Positions 12,401 to 24,900 of a DNA stretch of 64,000 nt are shown here, one piece after another. The position numbers and the translations under genes are program-made. Position 1 is the stretch's first letter. Each line of letters starts with the position of its first letter. Origin of the DNA: Balanoglossus misakiensis (taxonomy: Eukaryota; Animalia; Hemichordata); NCBI GenBank assembly GCA_040954595.2, contig CM082590.2:2170001-2234000 (forward strand). The letters run 5' to 3'. The notes beneath the pieces were generated by a model, which worked only from the letters and a program-made list of their open reading frames with translations, made no database searches and was not told where the DNA came from.

Positions 12401-13600
12401 GGTACCAATTCTCTGCCCTAGCAAGGGCCAGGGGTACCAATTCACAGCCCTAGCAAGGGCCAGGGGTACTTATTCTCTGCCCTAGCAAGGTCCAGGGGTA
12501 CCAATTCTCTGCCCTAGCAAGGTCCAGAGGCACTTATTCACTGGCCTAGCAAGGTCCATGGGTACTTATTCTCTGCCTTAGCAAGGTCCAGGGGTACCAA
12601 TTCTCTGCCCTAGCAAGGGCCAGGGGTACCAATTCACAGCCCTAGCAAGGGCCAGTGGTACTTATTCTCTGCCCTAGCAAGGTCCAGGGGTACCAATTCT
12701 CTGCCCTAGCAAGGTCCATGGGTTCTTATTCTCTGCCCTAGCAAGGTCCAGGGGTACCAATTCTCTGCCCTAGCAAGGTCCAGGGGTACTTATTCTCTTC
12801 CCTAGCAAGGGCCAGGGGTACTTATTCTCAGCCCTAGCAAGGGCCAGGGGTACAAATTCTCTGCCCTAGCAAGGTCCAGGGGTACCAATTCTCTGCCCTA
12901 GCAAGGGCCAGGGGTACCAATTCTCTGCCCTAGCAAGGTCCAGGGGTACTTATTCTCTGCCCTATCAAGGTCCATGGGTTCTTATTCTCTGCCCTGGCTA
13001 GGTCCAGGGGTACCAATTCTCTGCCCTATCAAGGTCCATGGGTTCTTATTCTCTGCCCTAGCAAGGTCCAGGGGTACCAATTCTCTGCCCTAGCAAGGTC
13101 CAGGGGTACTTATTCTCTGCCCTATCAAGGTCCAGGGGTACTTATTCTCTGCCCTAGCAAGGTCCAGGGGTACCAATTCTCTGCCCTAGCAAGGGCCAGT
13201 GGTACTTATTCTCTGCTCTAGCAAGGGCCAGTGGTACCAATTCTCTGCCCTAGCAAGGTCCAGGGGAACTTATTCTCTGCCCTATCAAGGTCCATGGGTT
13301 CTTATTCTCTGCCCTAGCAAGGGCCAGGGGTACCAATTCTCTGCCCTAGCAAGGGCCAGGGGTACCAATTCTCTGCCCTAGCAAGGTCCAGAGGCACTTA
13401 TTCACTGGCCTAGCAAGGTCCATGGGTACTTATTCTCTGCCTTAGCAAGGTCCAGGGGTACCAATTCTCTGCCCAAGCAAGGGCCAGGGGTACCAATTCA
13501 CAGCCCTAGCAAGGGCCAGGGGTACTTATTCTCTGCCCTAGCAAGGTCCAGGGGTACCAATTCTCTGCCCTAGCAAGGGCCAGAGGTACTTATTCTCTGC
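9440..13600 (+). repeat. Tandem duplication of a 2080-bp unit (65 monomers)
   Basis: gccctggcta 10911/12991, gcccaagcaa 11391/13471, ttctttttctc about 9590/11670; ORF pairs 10115/12195 and 11119/13199 are also offset by 2080. Confidence 0.93.
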
Positions 13601-16600
13601 CCTAGCAAGGGCCAGTGGTACCAATTCTCTGCCCTAGCAAGGTCCAGGGGAACTTATTCTCTGCCCTATCAAGGTCCATGGGTTCTTATTCTCTGCCCTA
13701 GCAAGGGCCAGGGGTACCAATTCTCTGCCCTTGCATGGTCCAGGGGTACCAATTCTCTGCCCTAGCAAGGTCCAGGGGTACCAATTCTCTGCCCTTGCAT
13801 GGTCCAGGGGTACTTATTCTCTGCCCTAGCAAGGACCAGGGGTACCAATTCTCTGCCCTAGCAAGGTCCAGAGGCACTTATTCACTGGCCTAGCAAGGTC
13901 CATGGGTACTTATTCTCTGCCTTAGCAAGGTCCAGGGGTACCAATTCTCTGCCCTAGCAAGGGCCAGGGGTACCAATTCACCGCCCTAGCAAGGGCCAGG
14001 GGTACTTATTCTCTGCCCTAGCAAGGTCCAGGGGTACCAATTCTCTGCCCCAGCAAGGTCCAGAGGCACTTATTCACTGGCCTAGCAAGGTCCATGGGTA
14101 CTTATTCTCTGCCTTAGCAAGGTCCAGGGGTACCAATTCTCTGCCCTAGCAAGGGCCAGGGGTACCAATTCACAGCCCTAGCAAGGGCCAGGGGTACTTA
14201 TTCTCTGCCCTAGCAAGGTCCAGGGGTACCAATTCTCTGCCCTAGCAAGGGCCAGGGGTACCAATTCTCTGCCCTAGCAAGGGCCAGGGGTACCAATTCT
14301 CTGCCCTAGCAAGGGCCAGGGGTACCAATTCTCTGCCCTAGCAAGGTCCAGGGGTACTTATTCTCTGCCCTATAAAGGTCCATGGGTTCTTATTCTCTGC
14401 CCTAGCAATGTCCAGGGGTACCAATTCTCTGCCCTAGCAAGGTCCAGGGGTACTTATTCTCTGCCCTAGCAAGGGCCAGGGGTACTTATTCTCAGCCCTA
14501 GCAAGGGCCAGTGTTACCAATTCTCTGCCCTAGCAAGGTCCAGGGGAACTTATTCTCTGCCCTATCAAGGTCCATGGGTTCTTATTCTCTGCCCTAGCAA
14601 GGGCCAGGGGTACCAATTCTCTGCCCTTGCATGGTCCAGGGGTACCAATTCTCTGCCCTAGCAAGGTCCAGGGGTACCAATTCTCTGCCCTTGCATGGTC
14701 CAGGGGTACTTATTCTCTGCCCTAGCAAGGACCAGGGGTACCAATTCTCTGCCCTAGCAAGGTCCAGAGGCACTTATTCACTGGCCTAGCAAGGTCCATG
14801 GGTACTTATTCTCTGCCTTAGCAAGGTCCAGGGGTACCAATTCTCTGCCCTAGCAAGGGCCAGGGGTACCAATTCACCGCCCTAGCAAGGGCCAGGGGTA
14901 CTTATTCTCTGCCCTAGCAAGGTCCAGGGGTACCAATTCTCTGCCCTAGCAAGGTCCAGAGGCACTTATTCACTGGCCTAGCAAGGTCCATAGGTACTTA
15001 TTCTCTGCCTTAGCAAGGTCCAGGGGTACCAATTCTCTGCCCTAGCAAGGGCCAGGGGTACCAATTCACAGCCCTAGCAAGGGCCAGGGGTACTTATTCT
15101 CTGCCCTAGCAAGGTCCAGGGGTACCAATTCTCTGCCCTAGCAAGGGCCAGGGGTACCAATTCTCTGCCCTAGCAAGGGCCAGGGGTACCAATTCTCTGC
15201 CCTAGCAAGGGCCAGGGGTACCAATTCTCTGCCCTAGCAAGGTCCAGGGGTACTTATTCTCTGCCCTATAAAGGTCCATGGGTTCTTATTCTCTGCCCTA
15301 GCAATGTCCAGGGGTACCAATTCTCTGCCCTAGCAAGGTCCAGGGGTACTTATTCTCTGCCCTAGCAAGGGCCAGGGGTACTTATTCTCAGCCCTAGCAA
15401 GGGCCAGGGGTACAAATTCTCTGCCCTAGCAAGGTCCAGGGGTACCAATTCTCTGCCCTAGCAAGGGCCAGGGGTACCAATTCTCTGCCCTAGCAAGGTC
15501 CAGGGGTACTTATTCTCTGCCCTAGCAAGGTCCAGGGGTACCAATTCTCTGCCCTAGCAAGGGCCAGGGGTACTTATTCTCTGCCCTAGCAAGGGCCAGT
15601 GGTACCAATTCTCTGCCCTAGCAAGGTCCAGGGGAACTTATTCTCTGCCCTATCAAGGTCCATGGGTTCCTATTCTCTGCCCTAGCAAGGGCCAGGGGTA
15701 CCAATTCTCTGCCCTAGCAAGGGCCAGGGGTACCAATTCTCTGCCCTAGCAAGGTCCAGGGGTACTTATTCACTGGCCTAGCAAGGTCCATGGGTTCTTA
15801 TTCTCTGCCCTAGCAAGGTCCAGGGGTACCAATTCTCTGCCCTTGCATGGTCCAGGGGTACCAATTCTCTGCCCTAGCAAGGTCCAGGGGTACCAATTCT
15901 CTGCCCTTGCATGGTCCAGGGGTACTTATTCTCTGCCCTAGCAAGGTCCAGGGGTACCAATTCTCTACCCTAGCAAGGTCCAGAGGCACTTATTCACTGG
16001 CCTAGCAAGGTCCATGGGTACTTATTCTCTGCCTTAGCAAGGTCCAGGGGTACCAATTCTCTGCCCTAGCAAGGGCCAGGGGTACCAATTCACAGCCCTA
16101 GCAAGGGCCAGGGGTACTTATTCTCTGCCCTAGCAAGGTCCAGGGGTACCAATTCTCTGCCCTAGCAAGGTCCAGAGGCACTTATTCACTGGCCTAGCAA
16201 GGTCCATGGGTACTTATTCTCTGCCTTAGCAAGGTCCAGGGGTACCAATTCTCTGCCCTAGCAAGGGCCAGGGGTACCAATTCACAGCCCTAGCAAGGGC
16301 CAGGGGTACTTATTCTCTGCCCTAGCAAGGTCCAGGGGTACCAATTCTCTGCCCTAGCAAGGTCCATGGGTTCTTATTCTCTGCCCTAGCAAGGTCCAGG
16401 GGTACCAATTCTCTGCCCTAGCAAGGTCCAGGGGTACTTATTCTCTTCCCTAGCAAGGGCCAGGGGTACTTATTCTCAGCCCTAGCAAGGGCCAGGGGTA
16501 CAAATTCTCTGCCCTAGCAAGGTCCAGGGGTACCAATTCTCAGCCCTAGCAAGGGCCAGGGGTACCAATTCTCTGCCCTAGCAAGGGCCAGGGGTACCAA

Positions 16601-18980
16601 TTCACAGCCCTAGCAAGGGCCAGGGGTACTTATTCTCTGCCCTAGCAAGGTCCAGGGGTACCAATTCTCTGCCCTAGCAAGGGCCAGGGGTACCAATTCT
16701 CTGCCCTAGCAAGGGCCAGGGGTACCAATTCTCTGCCCTAGCAAGGGCCAGGGGTACCAATTCTCTGCCCTAGCAAGGTCCAGGGGTACTTATTCTCTGC
16801 CCTATAAAGGTCCATGGGTTCTTATTCTCTGCCCTAGCAATGTCCAGGGGTACCAATTCTCTGCCCTAGCAAGGTCCAGGGGTACTTATTCTCTGCCCTA
16901 GCAAGAGCCAGGGGTACTTATTCTCAGCCCTAGCAAGGGCCAGTGGTACCAATTCTCTGCCCTAGCAAGGTCCAGGGGAACTTATTCTCTGCCCTATCAA
17001 GGTCCATGGGTTCTTATTCTCTGCCCTAGCAAGGGCCAGGGGTACCAATTCTCTGCCCTTGCATGGTCCAGGGGTACCAATTCTCTGCCCTAGCAAGGTC
17101 CAGGGGTACCAATTCTCTGCCCTTGCATGGTCCAGGGGTACTTATTCTCTGCCCTAGCAAGGACCATGGGTACCAATTCTCTGCCCTAGCAAGGTCCAGA
17201 GGCACTTATTCACTGGCCTAGCAAGGTCCATGGGTACTTATTCTCTGCCTTAGCAAGGTCCAGGGGTACCAATTCTCTGCCCTAGCAAGGGCCAGGGGTA
17301 CCAATTCACCGCCCTAGCAAGGGCCAGGGGTACTTATTCTCTGCCCTAGCAAGGTCCAGGGGTACCAATTCTCTGCCCTAGCAAGGTCCAGAGGCACTTA
17401 TTCACTGGCCTAGCAAGGTCCATGGGTACTTATTCTCTGCCTTAGCAAGGTCCAGGGGTACCAATTCTCTGCCCTAGCAAGGGCCAGGGGTACCAATTCA
17501 CAGCCCTAGCAAGGGCCAGGGGTACTTATTCTCTGCCCTAGCAAGGTCCAGGGGTACCAATTCTCTGCCCTAGCAAGGGCCAGGGGTACCAATTCTCTGC
17601 CCTAGCAAGGGCCAGGGGTACCAATTCTCTGCCCTAGCAAGGGCCAGGGGTACCAATTCTCTGCCCTAGCAAGGTCCAGGGGTACTTATTCTCTGCCCTA
17701 TAAAGGTCCATGGGTTCTTATTCTCTGCCCTAGCAATGTCCAGGGGTACCAATTCTCTGCCCTAGCAAGGTCCAGGGGTACTTATTCTCTGCCCTAGCAA
17801 GGGCCAGGGGTACTTATTCTCAGCCCTAGCAAGGGCCAGGGGTACAAATTCTCTGCCCTAGCAAGGTCCAGGGGTACCAATTCTCTGCCCTAGCAAGGGC
17901 CAGGGGTACCAATTCTCTGCCCTAGCAAGGTCCAGGGGTACTTATTCTCTGCCCTAGCAAGGTCCAGGGGTACCAATTCTCTGCCCTAGCAAGGGCCAGG
18001 GGTACTTATTCTCTGCCCTAGCAAGGGCCAGTGGTACCAATTCTCTGCCCTAGCAAGGTCCAGGGGAACTTATTCTCTGCCCTATCAAGGTCCATGGGTT
18101 CCTATTCTCTGCCCTAGCAAGGGCCAGGGGTACCAATTCTCTGCCCTAGCAAGGGCCAGGGGTACCAATTCTCTGCCCTAGCAAGGTCCAGGGGTACTTA
18201 TTCACTGGCCTAGCAAGGTCCATGGGTTCTTATTCTCTGCCCTAGCAAGGTCCAGGGGTACCAATTCTCTGCCCTTGCATGGTCCAGGGGTACCAATTCT
18301 CTGCCCTAGCAAGGTCCAGGGGTACCAATTCTCTGCCCTTGCATGGTCCTGGGGTACTTATTCTCTGCCCTAGCAAGGTCCAGGGGTACCAATTCTCTAC
18401 CCTAGCAAGGTCCAGAGGCACTTATTCACTGGCCTAGCAAGGTCCATGGGTACTTATTCTCTGCCTTAGCAAGGTCCAGGGGTACCAATTCTCTGCCCTA
18501 GCAAGGGCCAGGGGTACCAATTCACAGCCCTAGCAAGGGCCAGGGGTACTTATTCTCTGCCCTAGCAAGGTCCAGGGGTACCAATTCTCTGCCCTAGCAA
18601 GGTCCAGAGGCACTTATTCACTGGCCTAGCAAGGTCCATGGGTACTTATTCTCTGCCTTAGCAAGGTCCAGGGGTACCAATTCTCTGCCCTAGCAAGGGC
18701 CAGGGGTACCAATTCACAGCCCTAGCAAGGGCCAGGGGTACTTATTCTCTGCCCTAGCAAGGTCCAGGGGTACCAATTCTCTGCCCTAGCAAGGTCCATG
18801 GGTTCTTATTCTGTGCCCTAGCAAGGTCCAGGGGTACCAATTCTCTGCCCTAGCAAGGTCCAGGGGTACTTATTCTCTTCCCTAGCAAGGGCCAGGGGTA
18901 CTTATTCTCAGCCCTAGCAAGGGCCAGGGGTACAAATTCTCTGCCCTAGCAAGGTCCAGGGGTACCAATTCTCTGCCCTA
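13600..18980 (+). repeat. Nested duplications with 896-bp (28-mer) and 2432-bp (76-mer) periods
   Basis: gccctataaagg monomers at 14367, 15263, 16799, 17695 (+896, +2432); aaggacc monomers at 13823, 14719, 17151; gggttcctatt at about 15670/18102. Confidence 0.9.
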
Positions 18981-20500
18981 GCAAGGGCCAGGGGTACCAA
19001 TTCTCTGCCCTAGCAAGGTCCAGGGGTACTTATTCTCTGCCCTATCAAGGTCCATGGGTTCTTATTCTCTGCCCTGGCAAGGTCCAGGGGTACCAATTCT
19101 CTGCCCTATCAAGGTCCATGGGTTCTTATTCTCTGCCCTAGCAAGGTCCAGGGGTACCAATTCTCTGCCCTAGCAAGGTCCAGGGGTACTTATTCTCTGC
19201 CCTATCAAGGTCCATGGGTTCTTATTCTCTGCCCTAGCAAGGTCCAGGGGTACCAATTCTCTGCCCTAGCAAGGTCCAGGGGTACTTATTCTCTGCCCTA
19301 GCAAGGTCCAGGGGTACCAATTCTCTGCCCTAGCAAGGGCCAGGGGTACTTATTCTCTGCTCTAGCAAGGGCCAGTGGTACCAATTCTCTGCCCTAGCAA
19401 GGTCCAGGGGAACTTATTCTCTGCCCTATCAAGGTCCAAGGGTTCTTATTCTCTGCCCTAGCAAGGGCCAGGGGTACCAATTCTCTGCCCTAGCAAGGGC
19501 CAGGGGTACCAATTCACAGCCCTAGCAAGGGCCAGAGGTACTTATTCTCTGCCCTAGCAAGGTCCAGGGGTACCAATTCTCTGCCCTAGCAAGGTCCAGA
19601 GGCACTTATTCACTGGCCTAGCAAGGTCCCTGGGTACTTATTCTCTGCCTTAGCAAGGTCCAGGGGTACCAATTCTCTGCCCTAGCAAGCGCCAGGGGTA
19701 CCAATTCACAGCCCTAGCAAGGGCCAGGGGTACTTATTCTCTGTCCTATCAAGGTCCATGGGTTCTTATTCTGTGCCCTAGCAAGGTCTAGGGGTACTTA
19801 TTCGCTGTCCTATCAAGGTCCATGGGTTCTTATTCTGTGCCCTAGCAAGGTCCAGGGGTACTTATTCTCTTCCCTAGCAAGGGCCAGGGGTACTTATTCT
19901 CAGCCCTAGCAAGGGCCAGGGGTACAAATTCTCTGCCCTAGCAAGGTCCAGGGGTACCAATTCTCTGCCCTAGCAAGGGCCAGGGGTACCAATTCTCTGC
20001 CCTAGCAAGGTCCAGGGGTACTTATTCTCTGCCCTATCAAGGTCCATGGGTTCTTATTCTCTGCCCTGGCAAGGTCCAGGGGTACCAATTCTCTGCCCTA
20101 TCAAGGTCCATGGGTTCTTATTCTCTGCCCTAGCAAGGTCCAGGGGTACCAATTCTCTGCCCTAGCAAGGTCCAGGGGTACTTATTCTCTGCCCTATCAA
20201 GGTCCATGGGTTCTTATTCTCTGCCCTAGCAAGGTCCAGGGGTACCAATTCTCTGCCCTAGCAAGGTCCAGGGGTACTTATTCTCTGCCCTAGCAAGGTC
20301 CAGGGGTACCAATTCTCTGCCCTAGCAAGGGCCAGGGGTACTTATTCTCTGCTCTAGCAAGGGCCAGTGGTACCAATTCTCTGCCCTAGCAAGGTCCAGG
20401 GGAACTTATTCTCTGCCCTATCAAGGTCCATGGGTTCTTATTCTCTGCCCTAGCAAGGGCCAGGGGTACCAATTCTCTGCCCTAGCAAGGGCCAGGGGTA
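18850..20500 (+). repeat. Partial duplication with 992-bp period (31 monomers)
   Basis: gccctggcaa 19071/20063; gctctagcaa 19359/20351. Confidence 0.82.
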
Positions 20501-22099
20501 CCAATTCTCTGCCCTAGCAAGGTCCAGAGGCACTTATTCACTGGCCTAGCAAGGTCCATGGGTACTTATTCTCTGCCTTAGCAAGGTCCAGGGGTACCAA
20601 TTCTCTGCCCTAGCAAGGGCCAGGGGTACCAATTCACAGCCCTAGCAAGGGCCAGGGGTACTTATTCTCTGCCCTAGCAAGGTCCAGGGGTACCAATTCT
20701 CTGCCCTAACAAGGGCCAGGGGTACTTATTCTCTGCCCTAGCAAGGGCCAGTGGTACCAATTCTCTGCCCTAGCAAGGGCCAGGGGTACCAATTCTCTGC
20801 CCTAGCAAGGGCCAGGGGTACCAATTCTCTGCCCTAGCAAGGTCCAGGGGTACTTATTCTCTGCCCTATCAAGGTCCATGGGTTCTTATTCTCTGCCCTG
20901 TTAAGGTCCAGGGGTACCAATTCTCTGCCCTAGCAAGGTCCAGGGGTACTTATTCTCTGCCCTAGCAAGGGCCAGGGGTACTTATTCTCTGCCCTAGCAA
21001 GGGCCAGGGGTACAAATTCTCTGCCCTAGCAAGGTCCAGGGGTACCAATTCTCTGCCCTAGCAAGGTCCAGGGGTACTTATTCTCTGCCCTATCAAGGTC
21101 AAGGGGTTCTTATTCTCTGCCCTAGCAAGGTGCAGGGGTACCAATTCTCTGCCCTAGCAAGGTCCAGGTGTACTTATTCTCTGCCCTAGCAAGGGCCAGG
21201 GGTACTTATTCTCTGCCCTAGCAAGGGCCAGGGGTACAAATTCTCTGCCCTAGCAAGGTCCAGGGGTACCAATTCTCTGTCCTAGCAAGGGCCAGGGGTA
21301 CCAATTCTCTGCCCTAGCAAGGGCCAGGGGTACTTATTCTCTGCCCTAGCAAAGGCCAGTGGTACCAATTCTCTGCCCTAGAAAGGTCCAGGGGAACTTA
21401 TTCTCTGCCCTATCAAGGTCCATGGGTTCTTATTCTCTGCCCTAGCAACGGCCAGGGGTACCAATTCTCTGCCCTAGCAAGGGCCAGGGGTACCAATTCT
21501 CTGCCCTAGCAAGGTCCAGGGGAACTTATTCTCTGCCCTATCAAGGTCCATGGGTTCTTATTCTCTGCCCTAGCAAGGGCCAGGGGTACCAATTCTCTGC
21601 CCTAGCAAGGTCCAGGGGTACCAATTCTCTACCCTTGCATGGTCCAGGAGTACTTATTCTCTGCCCTAGCAAGGTCCATGGGTTCTTATTCTCTGCCCTA
21701 GCAAGGTCCAGGGGTACCGATTCTCTGCCCTAGCAAGGGCCAGGGGTACTTATTCTCTGCCCTATCAAGGTCCAGGGGTACTTATTCTCAGCCCTAGCAA
21801 GGTCCAGGGGTACCAATTCTCTGCCCTAGCAAGGGCCAGGGGTACTTATTCTCTGCCCTAGCAAGGGCCAGGGGTACCAATTCTCTGCCCTAGCAAGGTC
21901 CAGGGGTACTTATTCTCTGCCCTAGCAAGTGCCAGGGGTACTTATTCTCTGTCCTATCAAGGTCCATGGGTTCTTATTCTGTGCCCTAGCAAGGTCCAGG
22001 GATACTTTTTCTCTGCCCTAGCAAGGTCCAGGGGTACCAATTCTCAGCCCTAGCAAGGGCCAGGGGTACCAATTCTCTGCCCTAACAAGGTCCTGGGGT

Positions 22100-24900
22100 A
22101 CCAATTCTCTGCCCTTGCATGGTCCAGGGGTACTTATTCTCTGCCCTAGCAAGATCCAGGGGTACCAATTCTCTGCCCTTGCATGGTCCAGGGGTACAAA
22201 TTCTCTGCCCTTGCATGGTCCAGGGGTACTTATTCTCTGCCCTAGCAAGGGCCAGGGGTACCAATTCTCTGCCCTAGCAAGGTCCAGGGGTACCAGTTCT
22301 CTGCCCTTGCATGGTCCAGTGGTACTTATTCTCTGCCCTAGCAAGGGCCATGGGTTCTTATTCTCTGCCCTAGCAAGGGCCAGGGGTACCAATTCTCTGC
22401 CCTAGCAAGGTCCAGGGGTACCAGTTCTCTGCCCTTGCATGGTCCAGTGGTACTTATTCACTGGCCTAGCAAGGTCCATGGGTTCTTATTCTCTGCCCTA
22501 GCAAGGTCCAGGGGTACCAATTCTCAGCCCTAGCAAGGGCCAGGGGTACCAATTCTCTGCCCTAGCAAGGGCCAGGGGTACTTATTCTCTGCCCTAGCAA
22601 GGGCCAGGGGTACTTATTCTATGCCCTAGCAAGGTCCAGGGGTACCAATTCTCAGCCCTAGCATGGTCCAGGGGTACCAATTCTCTGCCCTAGCAAGGTC
22701 CAGGGGTACCAATTCTCTGCCCTTGCAAGGTCCAGGGGTACCAATTCTCTGCCTTTGCATGGTCCAGGAGTACTTATTCTCTGCCCTAGCAAGGTCCATG
22801 GGTTCTTATTCTCTGCCCTAGCAAGGTCCAGGGGTACCAATTCTCTGCCCTTGCATGGTCCAGGGGTACCAATTCTCTGCCCTTGCATGGTCCAGGGGTA
22901 CTTATTCTCTGCCCTAGCAAGGGCCAGGGGTACCAATTCTCTGCCCTAGCAAGGTCCAGGGGTACCAGTTCTCTGCCCTTGCATGGTCCAGGGGTACAAA
23001 TTCTCTGCCCTTGCATGGTCCAGGGGTACTTATTCTCTGCCCTAGCAAGGGCCAGGGGTACCAATTCTCTGCCCTAGCAAGGTCCAGGGGTACCAGTTCT
23101 CTGCCCTTGCATGGTCCAGTGGTACTTATTCTCTGCCCTAGCAAGGGCCATGGGTTCTTATTCTCTGCCCTAGCAAGGGCCAGGGGTACCAATTCTCTGC
23201 CCTAGCAAGGTCCAGGGGTACCAGTTCTCTGCCCTTGCATGGTCCAGTGGTACTTATTCACTGGCCTAGCAAGGTCCATGGGTTCTTATTCTCTGCCCTA
23301 GCAAGGTCCAGGGGTACCAATTCTCAGCCCTAGCAAGGGCCAGGGGTACCAATTCTCTGCCCTAGCAAGGGCCAGGGGTACTTATTCTCTGCCCTAGCAA
23401 GGGCCAGGGGTACTTATTCTATGCCCTAGCAAGGTCCAGGGGTACCAATTCTCAGCCCTAGCATGGTCCAGGGGTACCAATTCTCTGCCCTAGCAAGGTC
23501 CAGGGGTACCAATTCTCTGCCCTTGCAAGGTCCAGGGGTACCAATTCTCTGCCTTTGCATGGTCCAGGAGTACTTATTCTCTGCCCTAGCAAGGTCCATG
23601 GGTTCTTATTCTCTGCCCTAGCAAGGTCCAGGGGTACCAATTCTCTGCCCTTGCATGGTCCAGGGGTACCAATTCTCTGCCCTTGCATGGTCCAGGGGTA
23701 CTTATTCTCTGCCCTAGCAAGGGCCAGGGGTACCAATTCTCTGCCCTAGCAAGGTCCAGGGGTACCAGTTCTCTGCCCTTGCATGGTCCAGGGGTACAAA
23801 TTCTCTGCCCTTGCATGGTCCAGGGGTACTTATTCTCTGCCCTAGCAAGGGCCAGGGGTACCAATTCTCTGCCCTAGCAAGGTCCAGGGGTACCAGTTCT
23901 CTGCCCTTGCATGGTCCAGTGGTACTTATTCACTGGCCTAGCAAGGTCCATGGGTTCTTATTCTCTGCCCTAGCAAGGTCCAGGGGTACCAATTCTCAGC
24001 CCTAGCAAGGGCCAGGGGTACCAATTCTCTGCCCTAGCAAGGGCCAGGGGTACTTATTCTCTGCCCTAGCAAGGGCCAGGGGTACTTATTCTATGCCCTA
24101 GCAAGGTCCAGGGGTACCAATTCTCAGCCCTAGCATGGTCCAGGGGTACCAATTCTCTGCCCTAGCAAGGTCCAGGGGTACCAATTCTCTGCCCTTGCAT
24201 GGTCCAGGGGTACCAATTCTCTGCCTTTGCATGGTCCAGGAGTACTTATTCTCTGCCCTAGCAAGGTCCATGGGTTCTTATTCTCTGCCCTAGCAAGGTC
24301 CAGGGGTACCAATTCTCTGCCCTTGCATGGTCCAGGGGTACCAATTCTCTGCCCTTGCATGGTCCAGGGGTACTTATTCTCTGCCCTAGCAAGGGCCAGG
24401 GGTACCAATTCTCTGCCCTAGCAAGGTCCAGGGGTACCAATTCTCTGCCCTTGCATGGTCCAGTGGTACTTATTCTCTGCCCTAGCAAGGGCCAGGGGTA
24501 CTTATTCACTGGCCTAGCAAGGTCCATGGGTTCTTATTCTCTGCCCTAGCAAGGTCCAGGGGTACCAATTCTCTGCCCTAGCAAGGGCCAGGGGTACTTA
24601 TTCTCTGCCCTAACAAGGTCCAGGGGTACTTATTCTCTGCCCTAGCAAGGTCCAGGGATACCAATTCTCAGCCCTAGCAAGGGCCAGGGGTACCAATTCT
24701 CTGCCCTTGCATGGTCCAGGGGTACCAATTCTCTGCCCTTGCATGGTCCAGGGGTACTTATTCTCTGCCCTAGCAAGGGCCAGGGGTACCAATTCTCTGC
24801 CCTAGCAAGGTCCAGGGGTACCAATTCTCTGCCCTTGCATGGTCCAGTGGTACTTATTCTCTGCCCTAGCAAGGGTCAGGGGTACTTATTCACTGGCCTA
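22100..24900 (+). repeat. TTGCATGG-rich subdomain with 800-bp (25-mer) and 672-bp (21-mer) higher-order units
   Basis: gcctttgcatggtccaggag at 22751, 23551, 24223; variant taccagttct seen only here; ORF offsets 22755/23555/24227. Confidence 0.9.
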
